Positions 8,712-16,819 are shown, counted from the stretch's first letter. The stretch is DNA of 24,245 bases from Calditrichaceae bacterium (GCA_050178385.1 JBFXGD010000040.1:1-24245), one strand, 5' to 3'. Notes: generated by a model from the letters alone, not told the origin. A program made the numbers and translations.

Positions 8712-10676
8712 TTAATTAATGAGCTTTGCATGTTTGATTTTGTTAGCAGGAGTAATCTCTAGTTTATCAGCACCCTTCGGTTTTACCAATAGATAACCCT
8801 GCATCTCCTGATGCAGCGCCGAACAGAAATTGGTGCAATAGTACGGCCAGACACCCGGTTTATTTGCCTTTAGAGTAAGTGTCTTGGTTTCACCCGGGAA
8901 TAAATCTGTGTTAACATCATACTCACAAATTGCAAAACCATGAATTTCATCCCGCATTTCTTCAATATTTGTCAAATGAATTGTTAGATTATCCCCTTCA
9001 ACACATTCGATTTTTGTGGGTGCTAATGTGCTTCGGACAACAGTCATCCATACTTCTACGTTGTTTCCGTTTCTCACAACTTTGGCATCTTTAGAATCCC
9101 AAACCGCATTTGGATGCTCATTAAAAATAGCATCGGGAGGAGCGTCTGAACCTTTTTTGTAAAACATTTCCACAACATTGGAAGCGATCAGATCAGCTTT
9201 GATAAAAACCGCATAATGAGGTTCCGGCTCTGGGAATGCCTGGAATATCATTTTCATTTTTTCACCGGAGATATCTATCAATTGTCCGCTCTCCGGCATA
9301 TCCGGGCCGACGGGTAAATGCGTTCCTTTTGACAATTTGTTAAGAGACAACAGCCAGTTTCCGTGAGGATGCATCGTTTCTCCATGAGCTACCGCCAGAT
9401 GCCCGACATTGTAGGCTACGGGAATCTTATCAACCAGTTCCCATTTATCATTCAGACCAACACTCCATTTGGCGATCGCGCTTTCAACAAACAGACTGGT
9501 ATAGGCATAACCTTTTTCATCGAACTGAGTGTGAAGCGGACCAAGCCCCACCGTTACTTCCGCTTCTCTTACGGCGTCATATCTTAATACCGGAATACCA
9601 TCTTCATCCCCTTCAAAGTCTTTGTTGGCAATTGCCTGCTGAATTTTTTCAAAACTGAAAATGGAAACTGTTGGAGACAGTTTCCCATTACCAACGATAT
9701 ATTTGCCGTCCGGAGTTACGTCAACTCCGTGAGGACTTTTCGGACAGGGCATCAGGTATACTAAACCAGGATTCTTGTCCGGATCAAGCACGGGGACTCC
9801 ACCAAGCATAATCGTTTTTCCGGAGTCTTTTATGTTTTTTTCGGCAAGCTTCCAATTGACAACGGCTATATAGTCCATTTCCTTTTGAGAAGCTGTTACT
9901 TCCAGAACACCTGTTGCTCTCTCTGAATTATAGCATGTCCAGAATGCCCATCCGTCACTCGGACCTTTACCGGCATCACCAAGATCAAAATTGAAAGGCG
10001 GCATCAATATTTCCCAGCCATAACTAAAATGACCGTCAACGGGATCAATTTTAATACCGGCCACAACTCCTTTATATGATTTCGCATAATTATCGACGTC
10101 CTCATATTTTCCCTTTGGAAGTGGTATAGAAAAACGGCTGGCCATTAATGAATACTCTGTATTCGGAGTCACATAAGCGGACCCATGATCACCCATAACA
10201 TTGGGAACCGGTCCAAATACTTCAACCGTCCTGAATGTCCGGAGATCAATTCTTGCCGTACGGTTATTGGCGTTATCGTTTACAAATAACCATCTTCCAT
10301 CATAATCACCATTCGTCTCACTCGGTGCGGGGTGATGTATGTCTCCCCATCTGAAATCACCCATCAACTCTTCACTCTCAATGTCAAATCCGTATCCTGT
10401 AGCCGCATAATCCTGAAATACGGGAATCGTACGAATATGACGCATTGATGGGACGCCATAAACATACACACATCCGTTATGCCCACCGGACAGGAATACA
10501 TAGTAATCATCAAAATCACCCGGAGCGACATAAGTTCTAAGTGCATTTTCAGCGACTTCGCTCCTGGCAGTGGTCGCCTGTTTTTCTCCTCCGCCACATC
10601 CACCGCCCATAAACATCATAAAGATGCCAGCGATTATAAAAGTGGTCAGCATTGGAACTAAAATACTGCGTTTCAT
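8712..10676 (-). CDS. nosZ: Nitrous-oxide reductase, clade II (Sec-dependent)
   Basis: FLSGGHNG..YVYGVPSMR; CuZ His motifs DIHH, GDH, PHG, GPLH, GHL, EPH; CuA HGF...CTNFCSALHQEM. No twin-arginine signal. SD AGGAGGA; nosB downstream. Confidence 0.98.
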   Translation of the reverse strand: MKRSILVPMLTTFIIAGIFMMFMGGGCGGGEKQATTARSEVAENALRTYVAPGDFDDYYVFLSGGHNGCVYVYGVPSMRHIRTIPVFQDYAATGYGFDIESEELMGDFRWGDIHHPAPSETNGDYDGRWLFVNDNANNRTARIDLRTFRTVEVFGPVPNVMGDHGSAYVTPNTEYSLMASRFSIPLPKGKYEDVDNYAKSYKGVVAGIKIDPVDGHFSYGWEILMPPFNFDLGDAGKGPSDGWAFWTCYNSERATGVLEVTASQKEMDYIAVVNWKLAEKNIKDSGKTIMLGGVPVLDPDKNPGLVYLMPCPKSPHGVDVTPDGKYIVGNGKLSPTVSIFSFEKIQQAIANKDFEGDEDGIPVLRYDAVREAEVTVGLGPLHTQFDEKGYAYTSLFVESAIAKWSVGLNDKWELVDKIPVAYNVGHLAVAHGETMHPHGNWLLSLNKLSKGTHLPVGPDMPESGQLIDISGEKMKMIFQAFPEPEPHYAVFIKADLIASNVVEMFYKKGSDAPPDAIFNEHPNAVWDSKDAKVVRNGNNVEVWMTVVRSTLAPTKIECVEGDNLTIHLTNIEEMRDEIHGFAICEYDVNTDLFPGETKTLTLKANKPGVWPYYCTNFCSALHQEMQGYLLVKPKGADKLEITPANKIKHAKLIN

Positions 10677-10762
10677 GCTTTAATCCTCCTTACGTGATAA
10701 GTAAACCCCTAACCAGATTAAAAAACAATCAGGTCATTATTTATTGTATTAATCCCCGGTTC

Positions 10763-11995
10763 CTAATTTAAATTTAGCGCTTTTAACCTCGCCGCTTCTT
10801 CCGCCCTGGCTAACTTATATGCATTATTTAAAAGCATTATAACTTCCTGCTTTTCTTTATCTGTCAGGACTATCTGCGTAGAGAGGACAACTTCCATGGT
10901 TGCTTTCGGAGTCACCATAAACTGCTCAAGTGTGAGATTAAATCGTTTCTGTACATCTTCCGCCGCCATACTCAACTCAGGCCCGATATTAGTCGGTGAT
11001 TCTACTTCATACACCTTGACACTATGACAGATAAAACATCCTTTTTCGACAAAGAATTTACCGCCGCCTTCCATCATTCTTCTTTCTTTTTCTATTTCTT
11101 CCACTGTTTTCTCTTCGGTGAGATTGATCCCGGGCAGATACTCAACAGGTACATTCATTTTCTGCCAGCTCATCACAAGCATTGCCAGGGACTGTCCATC
11201 CTTTGTCGAAAAATTGAACTGCGGCATAATTGAAGTCGGCACGAGAGACGTAGGTGAGCGTAAATGTTGTACATGCCAGTTAAAAGACGATTTATAGGAT
11301 GTTGTATAATATGTAAAATCAAGCATTTCAGGATTTTTATCTCCTTCATACATCAAATCGGGTCCGATCACTCCGCCTTGACCGTTAATCCTGTGGCAGG
11401 CGCTACAGCCCTTCGTCTTCATCAGTTTTTTTGCATGGTTGATGTATTCCATTCCGTCTGTATATCGCTCATACCGGTGACAGGCATTGCAGTTAACCTC
11501 CATGAGCGCGCCTTTTGAACGCACAAGATAAATATCTTCTATTTCCTTACCTAAGACCGGAAATTCCCAGTGAGGTACCGCGCCGTAAGCTGTCGCAAAT
11601 TCCAGAGAATACCCCTGCCCACCGTGACAGACAGTACAACCGTACTTTTCAATCGGGTGTTTTTGCAATATTTTCGAAGGATGGCTCCTGTGCGGATTGG
11701 GACTGTATTCCATACCTTTCCATGTTAAACCAAGATGACAGGATGGACATCGGTCAACACGGCCAAGATCCGCGATATAGATCTGTTTTATGCCTTTTTC
11801 GACCTTCGATGCCGTCTCTTTGCCGGATTTATCATGAACGATTTTATAAAAATCATCCTGGTAAGCAATCCAATCCGCTGAATATGATTGAATAATTATA
11901 TATCCGGTAACGATTAAGAGTAACAGCGCCAGTGAAAAAAGCAGGTATGGTTCATTCTTAATCCCGTCAAAATTAAATTTTTTAAATTTATTCAT
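10763..11995 (-). CDS. Membrane-anchored pentaheme cytochrome c, putative cytochrome c subunit of the Rieske/cytochrome b complex
   Basis: Five CxxCH motifs (CPSCH, CTVCH, CNACH, CSACH, CFICH) and an N-terminal TM helix. Start moved to ATG 11995 (MNKFKK, G-rich SD), which removes the overlap with cytochrome b. Confidence 0.92.
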   Translation of the reverse strand: MNKFKKFNFDGIKNEPYLLFSLALLLLIVTGYIIIQSYSADWIAYQDDFYKIVHDKSGKETASKVEKGIKQIYIADLGRVDRCPSCHLGLTWKGMEYSPNPHRSHPSKILQKHPIEKYGCTVCHGGQGYSLEFATAYGAVPHWEFPVLGKEIEDIYLVRSKGALMEVNCNACHRYERYTDGMEYINHAKKLMKTKGCSACHRINGQGGVIGPDLMYEGDKNPEMLDFTYYTTSYKSSFNWHVQHLRSPTSLVPTSIMPQFNFSTKDGQSLAMLVMSWQKMNVPVEYLPGINLTEEKTVEEIEKERRMMEGGGKFFVEKGCFICHSVKVYEVESPTNIGPELSMAAEDVQKRFNLTLEQFMVTPKATMEVVLSTQIVLTDKEKQEVIMLLNNAYKLARAEEAARLKALNLN

Positions 11996-12014
11996 GATAT
12001 ATTTTCCCCGCCTG

Positions 12015-13397
12015 TCAGAATCGAACCGGTATTGAAGGCCAGGCTTCCCATGGCCAGTAAAAATCATAAAATGTGCCGCGCATGAATGTGCCGACAAAAA
12101 CAAGTATCAGAATCACGATAACAATGATGATAAAAATCAGATTTTGTCTATTTCTACCCTTATGAAACCAAACCCCTATCGACCGGGTATCACTTTTGTC
12201 GATAAACGGCCAGGCGGCAAGTAAAACAAGAAGCACGCCGGGTATGATAATACCACCAATAAGCGCTCCATTCAGCATATAATCACCAATTTTGAATGAT
12301 GTATCCGCCACCAGTTCCTGCAGCCATAAAAAATACCAGGGCGCCTTTGCGACATCAGGAGTAACACCCGGATTTGCCGGCGCTTCGAGAGGCGCGTGAA
12401 ATAACATTGATAAAACCGTTGTCACAAGAAATGTCAGAATAAAAACGGTAAGGATTCTTCTTGGTAAAAACGGACTGGTATTGAGAGTATCATCTTCAGA
12501 TACCATTGAAGTGATAACGCTGGGTCTTTGTCCCCTGGCGATTCCCAAAAGTGAGTATGTTTTTGATGAGGTGGCCTCAATCGTTTTCTCTTTTCTTTCC
12601 AGAGCGAGATGATCAACACAGGCCAGTCCGCCGTCTTTGCGTATTCGCCACATGTGGTAAGAAATAAGCAGAAGAAGAAAAATCGGCAGAAACGCCACAT
12701 GCAGCACATAAAACCGGATCAGTGTGTTTTGCTCAATCTGATTGCCGCCAAGAAGAAGATAGCTCATCGTGTCACCGATCAGCGGCGCGGCCTTCGCGAT
12801 ATTTGTCCCGACAGTAATCGCCCAGTAGGCAAGCTGATCCCAGGGCAGAAGGTATCCGGTAAATGAAAGAAACATGGTGAGAAGGAGTAAAACTATTCCC
12901 GACAGCCAGTTCACCGCCCTGTTTGCGCCAATGACGCCAGAGCTGCGGTATGCTCCTGTTAAAAACACCCTTACCATATGAAAAAATACAACCGCGACCA
13001 TAAGATGAGCCGCCATTCTATGGGTGTTTCTGAGAAGCCATCCGAATGATATCACAAATTCAATATCCTTTACACTCCAATAAGCCCGTTCAATGGATGG
13101 AACATAGTAAAACATCAGGACAACGCCTGTAATTGAAAGGATTAAAAATAATGAGGCTGAAATCGTACCCAACCAGAGGGAATATCCCCAGGAAAGACTT
13201 TTTTTTGTGATTTTTGCCGGAAACCAATGCAGCAGAAAGTTCCGGATAATTGATTCTCCCGCTTCTTTCGCGCTGCGGGGAAGCCATGTCCAAATGCTTC
13301 TTTCCCAAACATCCTGCCAGTACTCCCGCGATAAAATCTTTCCGTTTCCGTTACTTTTTACATCAGGTGCTTCGGTTATTTTTTCTTGAAGATCCAT
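12015..13397 (-). CDS. qcrB: Cytochrome b of a Rieske/cytb complex (b6-like domain fused to subunit-IV-like domain)
   Basis: Heme His pairs in LRNTHR...FFHMVR and FYVLHV...SYHMW; FTGYLLPWDQLAYWA; C-terminal APLEAPANPGVTPDVAKAPWYF (PEWY-equivalent). Confidence 0.95.
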   Translation of the reverse strand: MDLQEKITEAPDVKSNGNGKILSREYWQDVWERSIWTWLPRSAKEAGESIIRNFLLHWFPAKITKKSLSWGYSLWLGTISASLFLILSITGVVLMFYYVPSIERAYWSVKDIEFVISFGWLLRNTHRMAAHLMVAVVFFHMVRVFLTGAYRSSGVIGANRAVNWLSGIVLLLLTMFLSFTGYLLPWDQLAYWAITVGTNIAKAAPLIGDTMSYLLLGGNQIEQNTLIRFYVLHVAFLPIFLLLLISYHMWRIRKDGGLACVDHLALERKEKTIEATSSKTYSLLGIARGQRPSVITSMVSEDDTLNTSPFLPRRILTVFILTFLVTTVLSMLFHAPLEAPANPGVTPDVAKAPWYFLWLQELVADTSFKIGDYMLNGALIGGIIIPGVLLVLLAAWPFIDKSDTRSIGVWFHKGRNRQNLIFIIIVIVILILVFVGTFMRGTFYDFYWPWEAWPSIPVRF

Positions 13398-13413
13398 ATT
13401 GATACTCCAAAGC

Positions 13414-13929
13414 TTAGGAAATATTGAATTCCGTTCCTTTTTTGACTTCGATTGAGGTATCTATAACCAGCTGCTGATCGTCCGGGGCTATATCGATCTT
13501 ATGCCAGGGAAGAGGTGTGGGTGCCGGTCCCGCGTAGTTTGTACCGTCTTCATAAAATTTGGAGCCATGACACGGGCAGTGATATTCATGGTTAATTTCA
13601 ACATCTTTCCCGTCGATTTTAACCGTTTTGGGTTTCGCCAATTGAACATGCTTGACTGTACATCCCAAGTGAGTACACACAGCGGTATGCGCGTGCATTT
13701 TTTTGTGATTTTTGGCGATGAATTCCTTCTGCTCACTGAAAAACTTCACCCCGTCCGGAAGATCTGCGGCCGTGCCGACTTTAAATTTCTGCAGCGGCTC
13801 ATACAGCACATTTGGAACAAACGAGCGAACCCAGGCGAAAAGATTACCGGCAAAGGCGGCAACAATTGCCCCCGCACCAAGTTTGTTTAAAAAGGAACGT
13901 CTGGTTTCTTTCTTTTTTGATTCTGTCAT
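13414..13929 (-). CDS. qcrA: Rieske [2Fe-2S] protein with Tat signal anchor
   Basis: TRRSFLNK twin-arginine motif plus TM helix; CTHLGC and CPCHGS boxes; GPAP. ATG 13929 is preceded by GAGGTG; the track's alternative start is GTG 13938. Confidence 0.95.
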   Translation of the reverse strand: MTESKKKETRRSFLNKLGAGAIVAAFAGNLFAWVRSFVPNVLYEPLQKFKVGTAADLPDGVKFFSEQKEFIAKNHKKMHAHTAVCTHLGCTVKHVQLAKPKTVKIDGKDVEINHEYHCPCHGSKFYEDGTNYAGPAPTPLPWHKIDIAPDDQQLVIDTSIEVKKGTEFNIS

Positions 13930-13944
13930 CGAACTCACCTCATA

Positions 13945-15870
13945 TCAAACTAATTGTTCATCAAATGAAAATTTTTCCATAGTCATTGCATCCGTTGGGC
14001 AAATCTTTGCGCATAGTCCGCAGCGGATGCACAAATCTGTATCCTTGATCATGACCGAGAGCGGCATATCATTTTTAAGACCAAGACTATTTGTTATTTT
14101 TTCTATATCTTCCTGATTGCTTACCATATCCTCGAAAGGTATGATCTTAAGACAATACTCCGGGCAGATATCAACACATCCGCCGCAAAGAATACATTTC
14201 TCCGAATCATATATCGTCTGAATATGACATTTCAGACACCTCTCACCCTGAGCCATGGCTTCTTCAGATGAATACCCTGTTTCGACTTCGGTAATACCTG
14301 TTCTGCGGTCAGCGGAAACGGTTGGCGGGATTTCCCGGTCACACTGTTCATAACCCGCCGGCATGTCGTAGTCTTTGGTTTGAATCACTTCGATTTTAGC
14401 GGTTATTCTGACTTCAGGTTCAGATATTTTTTGCGTAGGATTTGAAAGATATCTATGTATGGAACCGGCCGCGAGTTTACCGTTTGCCGCCGCTTCGATA
14501 AGAATTCTTGGGCCAAATGCCACATCCCCGCCGCAAAAAACGCCCGGTGCGGTGGTTTCAAGTGTGGACGGATTGATTTTTATTGTTCCCTGAGGGAGTA
14601 TTTCCACATTGTCAGAAGCTCTCAAAAACGAAAGATCCGGTATTTGTCCAATTGCTAAAATGACGGTATCAGCTTCAATCATTTTCTCAGTTTCGGGCCT
14701 GAGCTCCGGGTTAAACCTTCCGCTCTCATCGAACAATTTTTCAACTTCAAGAAATTCAACGCCGCTAAGTTTTCCGCCCTTACCGGTAAATTTTTTTGGA
14801 CCTACGGATGGCAAAAATCTGATCCCTTCCAGGGCGGCTTCGTGCAATTCATCCTTTCCCTGGACTGTTTTCGACGCCGGCATTTCATCAAAAGATTCAA
14901 GAGACGCTACAATAACTTCGGCGCCTCCCCGTATCGCGCTTCGGGCTACATCTATGGCTACATGCATCTCTCCGGCTTCAGCAACACGATCCACTTCATC
15001 CATCGGTTTATAGAATTCGCGTATCGCCGTTCTCGCCGCGTCAAGAGCAACGCTTCCGCCTCCGATGACAATAACTTTTTTACCAAGATCTATTTTATAT
15101 CCGCTGTTCACATTCAATAAATAATCAACCGCTTTTACAACACCGTCCAAATGAATTCCGGGCAGATTTAGATCACGCCCCTTCATGGCGCCGGTGCTGA
15201 TAAAAATTGATTTATACCCCATTTTCTTTAATTCTTTTAGACCAAAACCCTTGTGCAGGCTGGCATTATATTTTATCTCAACACCAAGACTCTTAATAAC
15301 GGCCACTTCCCGGTCGATCACACCGCGGGTCAGACGGTATTCCGGTATCCCGAGACGCATCATTCCACCGGGAATAGCCGCCGCTTCAAAGATTGTGACC
15401 TTGTACCCAAGGAGCGCCAGATCATGCGCGCATGCTAATCCCGCGGGACCGGCACCAATCACCGCAACTTTCACACCTTCGTTTCTGCTATTGTTTTTAA
15501 GCAGGTTTGGCAAATGCCAGGTAAACTTGCTCCCCACATCAGGCTTCCCTTCTAATAAGGAATTAACTGTGTCGGGTTTTGACGATTCCGGACCATATTG
15601 CTCCGTGACAAACCGTTTTAATCCTCTAATGGTGACCGCCTCATCGATCTTGCCTCTTCTGCATGCGTCTTCGCACGGCGCGGCGCAGACTCTTCCGCAA
15701 ATGGAGGCGATCGGATTTGGTGACTTCGCCACCAGATATGCATCTTCGAATTTATTTTCGGCGATCAACTGAACATATTTCCCTGAATCGGTATGAACCG
15801 GGCAGGCTTGAAAACAAGGGACATCACTTCTATACCATTCAAAATCACGAAGATTAGTGATATATTTCAC
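13945..15870 (-). CDS. GltD/DsrL-like FAD- and [4Fe-4S]-containing NAD(P)H oxidoreductase with C-terminal 2x[4Fe-4S] ferredoxin domain
   Basis: PCFQACP, CGRVCAAPCEDAC; FAD motif VIGAGPAG; GIPEYRL; nucleotide motif VIGGGSVA; GVFCGGD; ERCLKC; CILCGGCVDICP and CIRCGLCAKICP. GTG start with SD GGGAG; no signal peptide. Confidence 0.92.
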   Translation of the reverse strand: MKYITNLRDFEWYRSDVPCFQACPVHTDSGKYVQLIAENKFEDAYLVAKSPNPIASICGRVCAAPCEDACRRGKIDEAVTIRGLKRFVTEQYGPESSKPDTVNSLLEGKPDVGSKFTWHLPNLLKNNSRNEGVKVAVIGAGPAGLACAHDLALLGYKVTIFEAAAIPGGMMRLGIPEYRLTRGVIDREVAVIKSLGVEIKYNASLHKGFGLKELKKMGYKSIFISTGAMKGRDLNLPGIHLDGVVKAVDYLLNVNSGYKIDLGKKVIVIGGGSVALDAARTAIREFYKPMDEVDRVAEAGEMHVAIDVARSAIRGGAEVIVASLESFDEMPASKTVQGKDELHEAALEGIRFLPSVGPKKFTGKGGKLSGVEFLEVEKLFDESGRFNPELRPETEKMIEADTVILAIGQIPDLSFLRASDNVEILPQGTIKINPSTLETTAPGVFCGGDVAFGPRILIEAAANGKLAAGSIHRYLSNPTQKISEPEVRITAKIEVIQTKDYDMPAGYEQCDREIPPTVSADRRTGITEVETGYSSEEAMAQGERCLKCHIQTIYDSEKCILCGGCVDICPEYCLKIIPFEDMVSNQEDIEKITNSLGLKNDMPLSVMIKDTDLCIRCGLCAKICPTDAMTMEKFSFDEQLV

Positions 15871-15913
15871 TTTGACTCCCGCAGATACAGTTAAATTTTT
15901 CCCCAGGTGCTAC

Positions 15914-16330
15914 TTAATGATTAAATACTCTTAGGAAGTTCTTTAGATTATCACAAAGCGAAAAATTTTTGTACACATCGCAACTATGACAATCTCCATT
16001 CTTACAGATGATTTTTGCTTCAAAACAGGGTTGTTTCTTCGAAATGTACGCGGGACAAGCCTTCTCCTCACTGCAATTATTTATTTCCCAGCAGGGAATG
16101 AGCGCAAGCAGCCGCCTGATACCCTCGATGTTCATCTTTTCATTCTTAATCAGGTGTCTGATCTTTTTCAGCCACTCGAGATCGCGCTCATCATAGATAC
16201 GCCGATTCGTCCCCGTCCTGTGTGGAATAACGATACCCGCATCCTCATACATTCTGAGAGTGTTGGGAGATATATCAAGGATTCGCGCAATATCACCGAT
16301 GGAATACCATTTTTTGATCAATGTTTCCAT
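15914..16330 (-). CDS. MerR-family transcriptional regulator with Cys-rich C-terminal domain
   Basis: YSIGDIARILDISPNTLRMYEDAGIVIPHRTGTNRRIY is a MerR HTH. The C-terminus CWEINNC...CPAY...CF...C...CHSC...C has 8 Cys. Confidence 0.93.
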   Translation of the reverse strand: METLIKKWYSIGDIARILDISPNTLRMYEDAGIVIPHRTGTNRRIYDERDLEWLKKIRHLIKNEKMNIEGIRRLLALIPCWEINNCSEEKACPAYISKKQPCFEAKIICKNGDCHSCDVYKNFSLCDNLKNFLRVFNH

Positions 16331-16702
16331 ATCACACTCTTTATTTCAGGCATTTTCTGCCAATTTATATCTATATTTCAAAATGTAATCAAAATTTCTG
16401 ATTTTAAAACATACGCTAACGTATAAAATTTACGTTGCATCTGCCGGTGGGTTCATTAGGATCCGTTTCGATTTCCTAAACTACAGTCTTCAAAAGTCTG
16501 ATTAAAAACAGTCAATTTAAATTCAAATCCGACGGCAAAATCATTTTCTGTCTTGTTTAAATTCTCCCGGAAACAATTTCTTATCCAAAAAACATTATAA
16601 AAAACAGTTTGCTTTGCTCATCTTCCTCTGTCTGAGTCCATTCATAATATCCATTTTAAAATGTATATTTGCTTTTGAGCCTCGGATTTAATTTTATGGT
16701 TA

Positions 16703-16731
16703 AAAATGAAATAAAAATTAATGAATGTCAA
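16703..16731 (-). promoter_or_regulatory. Possible sigma70-type promoter for the merR-qcr-nos cluster
   Basis: Perfect TTGACA (minus strand, 16731-16726). After a 17-nt spacer the -10 is only a weak CATTTT. It lies downstream of the upstream operon's terminator. Confidence 0.35.
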
Positions 16732-16819
16732 GTGAAAAAATATACATAACAAAATGTAGAACAGAAGGCTGAAAGCTTATTTTACAACGATCAAAATGAT
16801 ATTTTGACTCAAAAGAATT

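Noticed and set aside
11996..12103. 36-aa N-terminal extension of the cytochrome c overlapping cytochrome b by 89 bp
   Set aside because: ATG 11995 has an SD, sits 19 bp after the cytochrome b stop and gives a normal basic N-region plus TM helix.
13945..15870. Calling the flavoprotein gltD or dsrL
   Set aside because: No gltB or dsr genes are in the window, the YRR motif is absent and the context is respiratory; only the family-level call is supportable.
16313..16323. TTGATCAAT as an FNR/DNR box
   Set aside because: It lacks the 4-nt spacer of TTGAT-N4-ATCAA and lies inside the merR coding start.
16440..16520. Possible riboswitch (GAAA-containing hairpin) in the leader
   Set aside because: I could not match the conserved elements of c-di-GMP, cobalamin or other known riboswitches by eye; an Rfam scan is needed.
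16595..16654. 19-codon minus-strand mini-ORF MDIMNGLRQRKMSKANCFL upstream of merR
   Set aside because: Very short, no well-spaced SD and no motif; expected by chance.
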